Assembly: GCA_963665735.1 (NCBI GenBank)
Contig: OY762444.1
Span: 3,334,673-3,398,672, forward strand
Source: Dehalococcoidia bacterium
Lineage (GTDB): Bacteria; Chloroflexota; Dehalococcoidia; Lucifugimonadales; UBA3495
Direction: 5' to 3'
Length of the DNA: 64,000 bases
The notes beneath the pieces were generated by a model, which saw nothing but the letters and a program-made list of their open reading frames with translations, ran no database searches and had not been told where the DNA came from. Shown one piece after another: positions 6,644-16,677 of this stretch. A program made the position numbers and the translations under genes. The number at the start of each line of letters is the position of its first letter. The stretch's first letter is position 1.

Positions 6644-7675
6644 ATGAAGGCGGTATATATCGAATCCCACGGCGGCCCCGACGTATTGACCTACGGCGAC
6701 CGCCCGGAGCCGGCAGTTGGCCCCGGCGAAGTCAAGGTCAAAGTCCATGCTGCGGCCCTCAACCGCCTTGACCTTTACACCCGCGAGGGCGGGCGCGGCT
6801 TGCGCCGGGAGTTTCCGCCGCCGTTAATCCTGGGCGGCGACTGCGCCGGAGAGGTAACGGAAACAGGAGACGGCGTAGCCGGGCTGTCCGTGGGCGACCG
6901 GGTGTTGGTCAACCCCCTGGTTGATTCCGGGCAGTTGAGCGCCTACCCGCCCGGCGCGACTCCGCCCCCGCCGCAATTCATGGGCAGCGCGCGCGACGGC
7001 AGCTATGCCGAGTTTGTGGTCGTGCCGGCCCAGAACGCTCACCCCATCGCCGATGGCGTTTCCTACGAAGAGGCCGCCGCCGTCCCCACCACTTTCCTGC
7101 CGGTGTGGAACATGGTAGTCCGGCGGGCGCAGCTCCAACCTTGGGAGACGGCGCTGGTGTTGTCCGCCTCTGCCGGGGTGGGAACCGCCGCCATCCAGGT
7201 TGCCAAGAACGTCGTGGGCGCCACGGTAATCGCCACCACCAGCACCACCGAAAAAGCGGCCCAGGCACGCAGCGTCGGCGCCGATGAAGTTATCAACTAC
7301 ACCGACGAGGACATCGCCGAGCGGGTGCGGGCCATTACCGGGGGCCGCGGCGTGGACGTGGTGGTTGACCACGTGGGGGCCGATTTCTTTGGGGCGGCGT
7401 TCAATTCCCTGCGGCCCGGCGGGCGGTACACCATCTGCGGCGCCACCACCGGCTTGCGGGCCGAACTTCACCTGGGCCTGCTGTTCACCCGCCAGATTGA
7501 AATTTACGGCGGTTTTATGGGAACCAACGAGGATATGCGCCAGATTACGGCCATGCTCAACCGGGGCATCATCCGCCCGGTGGTGCATCAAGTCTTTCCC
7601 CTGTCCGAAGCCGCCGACGCCCACCGGACAATGGAAAATACCAACTTCTTCGGCAAACTGCTGCTGCGGCCTTGA
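6644..7675 (+). CDS. Zinc-type alcohol dehydrogenase / NADPH:quinone oxidoreductase family protein
   Basis: 343 aa with an MDR-superfamily layout: a GroES-like N-terminus and the Rossmann motif SASAGVGTAAIQVAK. Confidence 0.9.
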   Translation: MKAVYIESHGGPDVLTYGDRPEPAVGPGEVKVKVHAAALNRLDLYTREGGRGLRREFPPPLILGGDCAGEVTETGDGVAGLSVGDRVLVNPLVDSGQLSAYPPGATPPPPQFMGSARDGSYAEFVVVPAQNAHPIADGVSYEEAAAVPTTFLPVWNMVVRRAQLQPWETALVLSASAGVGTAAIQVAKNVVGATVIATTSTTEKAAQARSVGADEVINYTDEDIAERVRAITGGRGVDVVVDHVGADFFGAAFNSLRPGGRYTICGATTGLRAELHLGLLFTRQIEIYGGFMGTNEDMRQITAMLNRGIIRPVVHQVFPLSEAADAHRTMENTNFFGKLLLRP

Positions 7676-7830
7676 TTGGGGTTACAAGAGCGGTCTCTGC
7701 AATTGAAAACTATCGCAAGGCCAAGAGAACAGCTTTGCGTAGAGGGAAATCCCCCCTAGTCCTCCTTTACAAAGAGGGAGAAAAGTAGCGTTTCGTTTCA
7801 GGCGGTTTTCTTGCATTGATGGGAAAGCGT

Positions 7831-7938
7831 CGTGACGTTCTCGGATTCCAGCCCCATTTCGTGGTACGGGGCCGGATCTGCGCCGGTATGACGGGTTTTG
7901 GGCGAAGGATGTGGATTCCCGCTTTCGCGGGAATGACG
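7831..7938. repeat. Degenerate family-A element
   Basis: Sequence is cgtgacgttctcggattccagcccc...gcgccggtatgacggg...gtggattcccgctttcgcgggaatgacg. ORF 7767..7997 carries VIPAKAGIH. Confidence 0.7.
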
Positions 7939-8012
7939 ATAGAGGGCGGGAATGGCAAGTTATGAAATTGACGACACGCTCTAGTTGCATCACTCACATC
8001 CCACCCAACCCA

Positions 8013-8039
8013 TAGGGGCAGGTTTGAAACCTGCCCCTA
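8013..8039. repeat. Perfect 13-bp-arm palindrome TAGGGGCAGGTTT-g-AAACCTGCCCCTA (family C hairpin)
   Basis: Read directly from the sequence. It shares its TAGGGGC...GCCCCTA ends with the palindrome at 60193. Confidence 0.8.
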
Positions 8040-8137
8040 CCCTTGCAAGTGCCGCCGTTGTCCTTAACCTAGACGCCGCGGCGAAACCAAAGTCCCCCTC
8101 TCTCCTTGGGTGAGGGCCAGTGTGAGGGCGAAAATCC

Positions 8138-8980
8138 CTACTTTTGCAGCCGCCGCCCGTGGAAGAGGTACTGCTGGGCGTAACCGCCGTAACGCCCGAA
8201 ATACTCCCGCGCCCATTCCTCCAACACCCGGTTGGTGGGCGTCTTTTCCCCCGGAAAGTACCATTCCGCCAACGCCCGCCTTACCCAAACGTCAATGGGA
8301 AAGGCCTCCGTCTTTTCCAGCGAAAAAACCAGGATGCAGTCGGCAATTTTCGGGCCGATGCCAGGACACTCCATTAACTCCGCCTTGGCCTCGGCGTAGG
8401 GCAGGGTTATCAACCGTTCCAAGTCCAGGGACTTGTCCAGCACCCGGCGGGTGGCTTTGTCCACGTAGGGGGCGCGGAAACCCAGCCCCAGGTTCCGCAA
8501 TTCCTGTTCTCCGGCCTCGGCCAACTGAGGCGGCGACGGGAAGGCGTGGCGCACGTCGCCGTTCATGGCAATCGGCTCCCCGTAGTGGTTCGCCATCTGC
8601 TCCATAACGTAATGGATGCGGGGAATGTTGGAGTTGGCGGAGCAGATGAAAGCCACCAGGCACTCCCAGGGTTCCTGACGCAGTATCCTCAACCCCGGGT
8701 ATCGGGCCACCATTTCGGCCACCCGACCGTCGCGGTTAATCTCGGCGTAAATCTCGCCCAGGTCGTCATCCAGCCGGAAATAGCTTTGCAGCAGGGGAAC
8801 CATCGCCGATTCGGGCCAGGGTTCGCAGCAAAATTCCACCCCCTGCTCGCTCTGGCGCATCTTGACGAAGTTGCCCCGCACCACTCCCGAATACCAGTCC
8901 TCTTCCTTCCGCCAACGGTGCGCCTGCCCGCTTTCCAGGCTGGCTGCCAGGTCAAAGGGATGGGGAATGGGGAGTTCCAC
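8138..8980 (-). CDS. ogg: 8-oxoguanine DNA glycosylase / HhH-GPD family N-glycosylase-lyase
   Basis: 280 aa containing LRILRQEPWECLVAFICSANSNI, the HhH motif CPGIGPKIADCILVFS and PIDVW. GTG start. Confidence 0.85.
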   Translation of the reverse strand: MELPIPHPFDLAASLESGQAHRWRKEEDWYSGVVRGNFVKMRQSEQGVEFCCEPWPESAMVPLLQSYFRLDDDLGEIYAEINRDGRVAEMVARYPGLRILRQEPWECLVAFICSANSNIPRIHYVMEQMANHYGEPIAMNGDVRHAFPSPPQLAEAGEQELRNLGLGFRAPYVDKATRRVLDKSLDLERLITLPYAEAKAELMECPGIGPKIADCILVFSLEKTEAFPIDVWVRRALAEWYFPGEKTPTNRVLEEWAREYFGRYGGYAQQYLFHGRRLQK

Positions 8981-8985
8981 CGCCT

Positions 8986-9370
8986 TACTTCACCCAGTCC
9001 GCCGCCAGCGTTCCCACCGTGGACAACGTGCTGGGCCTCAAACCCAATTTCAATAAAGGGGCGGCATGGATTGCAGGAAGGCTTGCCCGTAGTTGCGGCC
9101 CGTCACCAAGAGGTTTCGGCGTCATGTTACTTCACCCAGTCCGCCGCCAGCGTTCCCACCGTGGCCAACGTGCTGGGCCGCAGATTGCAGGGCGGTATGG
9201 ATTGCAGGAAGGCTTGCCCGTAATTGTGGCCCGTGACCAAGAAGTTTCAGCATCATGTTACTTCACCCAGTCCGCCGCCAGCGTTCCCACCGTGGCCAAC
9301 GTGCTGGGCCGCAGATTGCAGGGCGGTATGGATTGCAGGAAGGCTTGCCCGTAGTTGCGGCCCGTGACCC
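8986..9370. repeat. Tandem triplication of the last ~110 bp of dinG (copies start at 8986, 9127, 9258)
   Basis: The string ttacttcacccagtccgccgccagcgttcccaccgtgg(a/c)caacgtgctgggcc... occurs three times with 141- and 131-bp spacing. Only the copy at 9258 is joined to the gene body. Confidence 0.9.
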
Positions 9371-12086
9371 GCCGGTCCAGCACCACGATTGCCCCCTTGT
9401 CGCCCTTGTTGCGGATTAACCGCCCCATCCCCTGCCGGAAACGCAGCACTGCCTGGGGCACCGAGTAATCGTTGAAGGCGTCGGCGTACTGCTGCGACCG
9501 GGCCTGGACGATGGGGTCGGAAGGCACCTGGAAGGGCAACCGGGTCAGCACCAGCGCCTGCATTACCCCGCTGGGCAGGTCAACTCCTTCCCAAAAACTG
9601 CCGGCCCCTAGCAGAACGCTCTTGCCGTTCTCGGTGAAGTTGCGAGTAAGCTGTTGGGCCGAGCCGTCTATGCTCTGGGCCAAAACCTGAATGCCGTCGC
9701 CGGCCAACCGGCCCCTTATCTGTCCCGCCACCGCCCGCAGCGCGGCGTAGGACGTGAACAGGGCCATCGTATGCCCGCCCAAAGACCGGGCCAACTCGGT
9801 GATTACCCGCGCCAGAGATTCGATGTAACGGTCGGCGTTGGGCTGGGGCATATCCTCCGGTATCATCAGCAGGGCCGCTTTCTGGTAGTCGAAGGGCGAG
9901 CCTACCAGCAGTTCGTCGGTATCGGTGTCCAGCCCCAGCCGTTCTTTCAGGTAATTGAAACTGCCCTGGCTGCTCAGGGTTGCGCTGGTCAGCACCACCG
10001 AATCCTTGCGGGCGAAGAGGTTTTCGGCCAGGTAGTCGCTGACCCGCAGGGGGGCGGCATGAAAAGAAACCTGGGTCTTGGCCTGGTCGCGGGCAATCCA
10101 GATAATCGTTTCTTCGTCGGCGGCCCCGATTACCAGGGCCAGTTGACCCCGCAACTGGTCCAGGTCTTCCCCGATGTTGGCCGCCTCCATTTTCAGGGTT
10201 TCCCCGTCGTTCTGGGAGGCGAAAGCGTCGTCGGCCAGAAAGCGTTGCAGCCGGGCCAGATGGTTGATGACCTGACCCAAAGCAACGTCCAGGTTTTCCC
10301 AACTCAGGGCCAAGTCGGCCCAGGTTTTTTGACCCCGCATCGGCGGCGTTATCAGCAGTTGCCATTGGCCTTCGTTCCGGCCCCCGGACTGGGATTCCAT
10401 GAAGCGCCCGGCTTCCGTTGTGAACCGGCTCCACAATTCCGTGGCGTGGGGTATGGACGGCTCCAGTTCCTCCAACGCCCGCTCCCCCAACTGCCTGGCC
10501 GTGGGGGACAACTCCAACGCCGACAGCGCGGCCCGCGATTGGCCGGTCAACCGGGCCAGTGGCTCCAACTCCTCGCCCAGCCGTTCCTCGGTGATTTCAA
10601 AACCCAACTGGCGGGTGGATTCCTCTTCCAGATTATGAGCTTCGTCAATTACCAGATGGCGATAATCGGGAATCAGGCTGCCGCCGCGGGCCAGGTCTGC
10701 CAGCAGCAAGGCATGGTTGACCACGACCACATGGGCCTGCTCGGCCCGCTCCCGGGCGGCCCGCAAGAAACACGCCCCGCCTTCCCGCAGTCCGGGGCAA
10801 TACACCTTGTCGCCGGAGGACACCTTGCTCCACGTAAAGGCGTCCCTGCCGGAAAGGTTGATTTCGCCCCGGTCTCCCGTGGCGGTTTCCTGCAACCAGA
10901 CCGAAGTTTTGCCCAGCAGCCGGGCTTCATCCGCCGAAATCGAGTCGCTGTGGGCCAGGTAATTCCACCGGCGCAGGCACAGGTAGTTGGCCCGCCCTTT
11001 CAGCGCCGCCGCCTGAATCAGACCGGGCTGGACCAGTCCCGCCCCTTCCAGAACCTCTACCACGGCGGGAATGTCCTTGCGGACTAGCTGTTCCTGCAAG
11101 TTGATGGTGTTGGTGGATATGACCACCCGCTGCCCCTGGGAGGCGGCGAAAATGGCCGCCGGCAGCAGGTAGGCCATGGACTTGCCTACGCCGGTGCCGC
11201 CCTCCACCACCAGGTGCTCACCCTGGTAGATGGCCTCCGTCACCTTGGCCAGCATTTCCACCTGTTCGGGCCGGTGTTCAAACCCGGAGAAGGACTTGGA
11301 GAACGCGCCGTTTCTTTCCAGCAGGCCGTTAATGCTGGCCGGGTCCAGATGCGACAAGTCGGGGGCGGTTTGGCGTCTGTCCGGCCGGCCCAACCGCTGC
11401 GCCACGCTTTCCATATCCAACCCGGTCAGGCCGAAAGCCGTAACCCCGTCCGACGGGCCGGCCGATGCCCCTTCCAGGCCGGCCAGCAGCGGCCCCAATC
11501 CTGAACGGCTGCGATTCGCCAGGTGGACGATGCTGGTGAAAAGGCCCGGGTCCAGTTCCTCGGCCTTGTGCAACAGGGCCAAAAAGACCTCCCGCGTTGC
11601 CTGGGCGTCCTCCAACGCCCGGTGGGGGTTGGAATGGACGGCCTTGAACAACCGGGCCAGCGACACCAGCGAATACTCGTTGGTGGTGGGCAGCAGAATC
11701 GAGGCCAAGTCCCAGGTATCGTAACGCTGGTTAGCCAATTGCAGCCCGTGGCTCTCCAGGAACCGGAGGTCAAAGGCGATGTTGTGGCCCACCACCGGAT
11801 AGTTTTCCACAAAGCCCCGCAGGTCGCGGCTGACCGTGGCGAAAGCCGGCGCCCGCCGCACCTGGTTGGGGGAAATCCCGGTAAGACGCTGGATGAAATC
11901 GGGAATGTTCCGTCCGGGGTTGACGAAGGTCTGGAAGGTGTCAATGACGCCGGAATCCCGGAACTTCACCGCCCCGACTTCGATAATCGTATCCCGGTCA
12001 GCGTCCAGCCCGGTGGTCTCCAGGTCCAGGGCGACAAAGACCTGCTGGGCGGTGCGCCCGGCGGCTATTCCGCTTTGCAGGGTCAT
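9258..12086 (-). CDS. dinG: DinG-family ATP-dependent DNA helicase fused to an N-terminal DnaQ-like 3'-5' exonuclease
   Basis: 942 aa. The exonuclease motif is FVALDLETTGLD...IIEVGAV. Helicase motifs are VVEGGTGVGKSMAYLLP and DEAHNLE, plus an Fe-S-type Cys region (CLRRW...C...C). Confidence 0.9.
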   Translation of the reverse strand: MTLQSGIAAGRTAQQVFVALDLETTGLDADRDTIIEVGAVKFRDSGVIDTFQTFVNPGRNIPDFIQRLTGISPNQVRRAPAFATVSRDLRGFVENYPVVGHNIAFDLRFLESHGLQLANQRYDTWDLASILLPTTNEYSLVSLARLFKAVHSNPHRALEDAQATREVFLALLHKAEELDPGLFTSIVHLANRSRSGLGPLLAGLEGASAGPSDGVTAFGLTGLDMESVAQRLGRPDRRQTAPDLSHLDPASINGLLERNGAFSKSFSGFEHRPEQVEMLAKVTEAIYQGEHLVVEGGTGVGKSMAYLLPAAIFAASQGQRVVISTNTINLQEQLVRKDIPAVVEVLEGAGLVQPGLIQAAALKGRANYLCLRRWNYLAHSDSISADEARLLGKTSVWLQETATGDRGEINLSGRDAFTWSKVSSGDKVYCPGLREGGACFLRAARERAEQAHVVVVNHALLLADLARGGSLIPDYRHLVIDEAHNLEEESTRQLGFEITEERLGEELEPLARLTGQSRAALSALELSPTARQLGERALEELEPSIPHATELWSRFTTEAGRFMESQSGGRNEGQWQLLITPPMRGQKTWADLALSWENLDVALGQVINHLARLQRFLADDAFASQNDGETLKMEAANIGEDLDQLRGQLALVIGAADEETIIWIARDQAKTQVSFHAAPLRVSDYLAENLFARKDSVVLTSATLSSQGSFNYLKERLGLDTDTDELLVGSPFDYQKAALLMIPEDMPQPNADRYIESLARVITELARSLGGHTMALFTSYAALRAVAGQIRGRLAGDGIQVLAQSIDGSAQQLTRNFTENGKSVLLGAGSFWEGVDLPSGVMQALVLTRLPFQVPSDPIVQARSQQYADAFNDYSVPQAVLRFRQGMGRLIRNKGDKGAIVVLDRRVTGRNYGQAFLQSIPPCNLRPSTLATVGTLAADWVK

Positions 12087-12201
12087 ATCCCGCCAACTCC
12101 CCGGACTTGGGTTTGGAACCGTCCCTTGTCCTTGCCCGTCGCCGTCACCAACCCTCCCCCGGTGGTCAACGTCCTGATTCCCGGAAAAGCAACCATCGCC
12201 G

Positions 12202-12939
12202 TCAAGGGGCGTAGGGGCGCAAGACCCCCTCCCGCAGTCCGGTGGCCGGGTAGAAATTCCCGTCGTGGAGCGCTTTCAGAAACTCCGCTTCGTTGTTAAT
12301 CTCATCCCGGAAGGCCGTCACGAATTTACCCAATCCATGCGTGGAATGAGCGTCGCTGCCCCCGGTCAAGGGCATTTTCAGCAGTCCGGCCACCTGCATG
12401 GCGAAGGCGTTTTCCTCGTCGGCGGTGCCCCCGTTGGCTACCTCGACGGCGTGAACCAGCTTGAAAACCGGATGGTCAAGAGCCTCTTCCGGCGTTTTGG
12501 GCAGCGGGTCGGGCAGCGTGCGAAACAGGTAGGGACGCTCCCTCATGTGCTTGCCCAGCACCCCCCGGAAGGGGTGGGCCGTCACCACGAATCCCCCGAC
12601 CGCCTTGGCGGCCCGGCAAAGCTCCTCCGCCTTGTGGAAACCGGGCTGGTAACGGTCTAACCCGAAGGCCAAAATATGACCCAAGTCGGTATCGGCCTCC
12701 ATCGCCCGCACCAGCACCACGTTATGCCGGCTGGCGAACTGCTGGAATTCGTGCCGGTCCCACGGGCCGCTATGCTCGGTAATGCAAAGCCCTTTCAACC
12801 CCAGCCGTTCCGCCTCCAGAATCAAGTCCTCCGGCGAAAGGCTGCTGTCGGCGCTGCCCTTGGTGGTGTGGATATGTAGGTCAAAGATACGAGCCATGAC
12901 AACATCGCCGATTGTATCGGCGCGGCCCCCTGGGGTCAA
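12202..12939 (-). CDS. PHP-domain metal-dependent phosphoesterase
   Basis: Contains IFDLHIHTTKGSADS...CITEHSG...GGSDAHS. The start is uncertain, either TTG 12939 or ATG 12897 (MARIFDLHIH). Confidence 0.85.
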   Translation of the reverse strand: MTPGGRADTIGDVVMARIFDLHIHTTKGSADSSLSPEDLILEAERLGLKGLCITEHSGPWDRHEFQQFASRHNVVLVRAMEADTDLGHILAFGLDRYQPGFHKAEELCRAAKAVGGFVVTAHPFRGVLGKHMRERPYLFRTLPDPLPKTPEEALDHPVFKLVHAVEVANGGTADEENAFAMQVAGLLKMPLTGGSDAHSTHGLGKFVTAFRDEINNEAEFLKALHDGNFYPATGLREGVLRPYAP

Positions 12940-13048
12940 TGGCGGCGTGTCACCCGGTTAGGGCGATTGCAATGTTGGGATACCAACGATAGGAGGTGGT
13001 TCAGGATGGAGATACATTCCCTGACGTGGCGCTCACCCCCATCCTAAC

Positions 13049-13069
13049 CTTCCCCCGTCAAGGGGGAAG
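13049..13069. repeat. Family-D hairpin CTTCCCCC-gtcaa-GGGGGAAG
   Basis: Read directly. It is related to the CCCTCCCC...GGGGAGGG hairpins at 27374 and 51041. Confidence 0.6.
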
Positions 13070-13155
13070 GGATTATTGAAACGACGCCCAACGCCGTTCC
13101 TGCCGAGTTTGCAACCGGCAACGCCTTTTCTTTCCCGCTTTCATCCCTTGCCTGC

Positions 13156-13263
13156 CACCCTGGACGAAATGAAGGGCCTAAAATTCTCCATCAAAGGCCC
13201 CTCCGGGAGTTGGAAGATAGTTGGCGGCAAGAATTTTAGATTCTTCGCTTTGCTCAGAATGAC
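13156..13263. repeat. Family-B ~100-bp element with imperfect terminal inverted repeats (MITE-like)
   Basis: Sequence is caccctggacgaaatgaagggcctaaaattc ... gaattttagattcttcgctttgctcagaatgac. It has the same architecture as the elements at 50866, 60395 and 62787. Confidence 0.75.
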
Positions 13264-13355
13264 ATTCCGGGAAATGAAAAGCCTTGGGCATCCGCACGGT
13301 TCCGGGCTATGTCCGATGGCCTTGGATTGAGTAAAATGGAATAGGCCCTAACGCC

Positions 13356-14546
13356 TTGGTGAAGAAAATCTCTGATGCCGCTGCCTTGGAAGAATCCATG
13401 AGCAACCTGCAAGAACTGGCCCGGCTGTTGCGCCGTTATTCCGTTGGGGACGGGTACATCACGCCGCCGGCCCGGGGCGCCAGTCTTTCCGGCCGCCGCC
13501 GGGAAAAGGTTGAGGAGCTGTTGGCGGCCTTGGCCCAAGACCACGACGCCGCGGCAACCCTGGTCTATGGCAACGGCTGTTTCGCCGTCGGCAGATACCC
13601 CCAAGCCGCCGATGTTTTCCGGCAACTGCTGGCCGGCAATCCCCAAGACCAGACCGCCCGGTTCAACCTGGCGTTGACCGCCCTGCGCTTGAAACGTCCG
13701 GCGGAAACGGCAGCCCTGTTGACTGAAACCCTGGAATTTAACCCCTTGCTGACCCAGGCTTACTACCAGCGAGGCAACGCCTATGATGACCTGGGGGAAA
13801 CCGAGTTGGCCCTGGCCGACTACGCCACGGCCATTGACCTGGAACCGGACAACCTGCGCGCCCATTACAACCGGGGCATCGTGCTGGCCAAGGCCGGCCG
13901 CCATTCCGACGCCGTGGAGCAGTTTTCCACCGTCATCGAAATGCGGCCCGAACTGTCCAACGCTTACCTCAACCGCGGCGCGTCTCTGGACGAACTGGAG
14001 CAGCACCCGGCGGCCATCGCCGACTACCGCCGGGCCATTGATTTAGACCCGGCCAACGTCAACGCCCGGTTTAACCTGGCCCGCACCTGCTACTACCTGG
14101 GGCGAGTGGAAGACGCCATTGAGGAATACTCGCAAGTAGTCGAACTTGACCCGCACGACGCCGAGGCGTTCAACAACCGCGGTCTGGCTTTCGACGCCCT
14201 GGGCGATTACCGGCAGGCATTGGAGGACTACGGCGTTGCCCTGACGTTGCGGCCCGATTTCGCCGAAGTTTTCAGCAACAAGGGGGCTGCCCTGGAAGCC
14301 CTGGGCGACAACGAAGCCGCCTTGCTGGAATATCAGGCCGCGTTGCAGGCGTCGCCGGGCCTGGCCGTGGCCCACTTCAACGCCGCCCGGTTATGCTCAA
14401 AGCTGGGCGACCTGGACCGGAGTTTGCGCCACCTGGCCCAAGCCGAGGAATTGGAGCCGGGTTGGCGGGCCGAGGCCGACGAGGACGAACAACTGCAATG
14501 GGTGTTGGAAGTTGGCCGGCTGCGGGAAAGAAAAATGGGCCGGTAA
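13356..14546 (+). CDS. Tetratricopeptide (TPR) repeat protein
   Basis: 396 aa with about eight consecutive 34-residue units (A..Y..AI.L.P....A..NRG). Confidence 0.8.
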   Translation: MVKKISDAAALEESMSNLQELARLLRRYSVGDGYITPPARGASLSGRRREKVEELLAALAQDHDAAATLVYGNGCFAVGRYPQAADVFRQLLAGNPQDQTARFNLALTALRLKRPAETAALLTETLEFNPLLTQAYYQRGNAYDDLGETELALADYATAIDLEPDNLRAHYNRGIVLAKAGRHSDAVEQFSTVIEMRPELSNAYLNRGASLDELEQHPAAIADYRRAIDLDPANVNARFNLARTCYYLGRVEDAIEEYSQVVELDPHDAEAFNNRGLAFDALGDYRQALEDYGVALTLRPDFAEVFSNKGAALEALGDNEAALLEYQAALQASPGLAVAHFNAARLCSKLGDLDRSLRHLAQAEELEPGWRAEADEDEQLQWVLEVGRLRERKMGR

Positions 14547-14559
14547 GTCCGGCCCCGGA

Positions 14560-15291
14560 CTAGGGGTTGTTGGGCGGTGACGGTTCCAAGTCCGCATCCG
14601 GCCCTTCATCGGCGTCCAGCCCCAGGTCGTCCAAGTCGTCGGGCGGGAACCTGCCGTCGGCAGCCCGTCGCCGGCGCACTATCACGTTATGCGCCACCAC
14701 CAACGCCCCCAGACCCGTCAATGCCAGCGTTTCCTGGAGCGGGTAGCCCATCAGTGGCCCCAACGCCGAAACGACCACGAAACAAACCGTAACTCCTACG
14801 GCGGAGCGGTAAGGCGACTTCCAGGCGACCACCACCGCCAGGAACCCGGCGCCAATGGCCAGTAGTCCCAGCAGGTCTGCCACCACCGCGGTCACGCCCA
14901 GCAGAGTAGCCATGCCGTCGCCGCCCTTGAATCCGGTGAAGATGGACTTCCAGTGGCCCGCCACCGCTCCGCCGCCGGCCAGCACTACCAGCGGCCCCGG
15001 CAAGTCCAGCAGTCCGGCGATAAACACCGCCAGGGCGCCCTTGGCAACGTCGCCGGCGAACACCATTACCCCGGTGCGGCGGCTGATGTTCCAAAAGACG
15101 TTGGCCGTCCCCGCCTGCCGGCTGCCGGTGCTGAAAATATCCACTCCACTGAAACGGGCGGCCAGGTGAGCAAAAGGCACCGACCCCAAGAGGTAGCCAA
15201 TGAGCAGGGCCGCCAGCAGTTTTTGCAGAAGTTGGAAGTCTTCGATTAACATTCTTGAATCATCGCGGTTACCGCCGGGAAACCCATCCAC
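14560..15291 (-). CDS. plsY: Glycerol-3-phosphate acyltransferase PlsY (start uncertain; ATG 15252 also possible)
   Basis: Contains YLLGSVPFAHLAARFSGVDIFSTGSRQAGTANVFW and GDVAKGALAV, with multiple TM segments and a charged C-terminal tail. Confidence 0.85.
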   Translation of the reverse strand: MDGFPGGNRDDSRMLIEDFQLLQKLLAALLIGYLLGSVPFAHLAARFSGVDIFSTGSRQAGTANVFWNISRRTGVMVFAGDVAKGALAVFIAGLLDLPGPLVVLAGGGAVAGHWKSIFTGFKGGDGMATLLGVTAVVADLLGLLAIGAGFLAVVVAWKSPYRSAVGVTVCFVVVSALGPLMGYPLQETLALTGLGALVVAHNVIVRRRRAADGRFPPDDLDDLGLDADEGPDADLEPSPPNNP

Positions 15292-15462
15292 CCGTCAACC
15301 GCCCGACGTGGAGCAGATTGTCCGCTATTATAGGCCAGAAGGCGCAACAATTCCTAGCGAGTTACTGTCATCAAAACCAACAGGTTATGTTGACTGGATA
15401 TTCGCCCATCTTCCAGCCGGCTCACCCATGCCCGACGCCAAGCAAAAGGAAACGGTGAAACC

Positions 15463-16668
15463 ATGAGCGAACCCCAAGGCCCATTGGCCGGAATGGTTGT
15501 CCTCGACCTGACTCAAATCATGGCCGGCCCGGTCTGCACCATGCTGCTGGCCGACCTGGGGGCCGATGTTATCAAGCTGGAAAAGCCCAACGGCGGCGAC
15601 GACACCCGCCGCATGGGGCCGCCCTTCGTCAACGGTTGGGCCGCCGGATTCCTGGCCCTGAACCGGAACAAGCGCAGTCTGGCCTTGAACTTGCAATCGG
15701 AAGAGGGCCGGCAAACCTTCTATCGCTTGTTGGAACGGGCCGACGTAGTGGTGGAAAATTTCCGGCCCGGCGTCATGGAACGGTTGGGCTTGGGCTACGA
15801 TTCCCTGTCCCAGGCCAAGCCCGGAGTCGTTTATTGCGCCATTTCCGGGTTTGGCGGCACCGGCCCCTACCGCGACCGGGGCGGCTTTGACCTGGTGGCC
15901 CAAGGCATGAGCGGCTTGATGAGCATTACCGGGTTCCCCGACAGTCCGCCGGCCAAGGTAGGCGTTCCCATAACCGACATTTCAGCCGGATTCCTGGCCT
16001 GCAACGGCATTTTGAGCGCCTACATCCATGCCCTCAAGACCGGGCAGGGGCAGCTGGTGGACACATCCCTGCTGGAGGCCGGCATCGCCTACACCATCTG
16101 GGAATCGTCGGGCTACTTCGCCAACGGCGAAATCCCCGGGCCGCTGGGTTCGGCGCACCGGGTTTCCGCCCCATACCAGGCGCTCCGCACCGCCGACGGT
16201 TACATCAACATCGGGGCGGCTACCCAGAACACCTGGGAGCAGTTTTGCCGCGCCGTGGGGCTGGAAAGTCTGGTTGAAGACCCGCGATTCAAGCAGCCGG
16301 GAGACCGCAAAGCCCGCGAGTCCGAATTGGCTGCCCTGCTGGAAGAGACTTTGAGCCGGCAGACCACCGCCTACTGGCTGGAAGTCCTTGACCGCGCCGG
16401 GGTGGTGGCCGGCCCCATCCTCAACATGGCCCAGGTGTACCAGGACCCCCACGTGCAGGCCAGGAATATGGTGGTTGACCTGGAAGACCCGGAGGCCGGC
16501 TTGCTACGCCACATCGGAATCCCGGTAAAGCTGTCCGCCACTCCCGGGACGGTACGGCGGCGGGCGCCGGCCCTGGGGGAACACACGAGGGAAATACTGG
16601 CCGAATCGGGGTTTACTTCCCAGGAAGTCGAGGACTTGCTAGCCTTGGGAGTGGCAACGGAAGGGTAG
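15463..16668 (+). CDS. Family III CoA-transferase (CaiB/BaiF)
   Basis: 401 aa containing PLAGMVVLDLTQIMAGPVCTMLLADLGADVIKLEKP, ENFRPGVMERLGLGY and SGFG. Confidence 0.9.
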   Translation: MSEPQGPLAGMVVLDLTQIMAGPVCTMLLADLGADVIKLEKPNGGDDTRRMGPPFVNGWAAGFLALNRNKRSLALNLQSEEGRQTFYRLLERADVVVENFRPGVMERLGLGYDSLSQAKPGVVYCAISGFGGTGPYRDRGGFDLVAQGMSGLMSITGFPDSPPAKVGVPITDISAGFLACNGILSAYIHALKTGQGQLVDTSLLEAGIAYTIWESSGYFANGEIPGPLGSAHRVSAPYQALRTADGYINIGAATQNTWEQFCRAVGLESLVEDPRFKQPGDRKARESELAALLEETLSRQTTAYWLEVLDRAGVVAGPILNMAQVYQDPHVQARNMVVDLEDPEAGLLRHIGIPVKLSATPGTVRRRAPALGEHTREILAESGFTSQEVEDLLALGVATEG

Positions 16669-16677
16669 GGAAACCCC

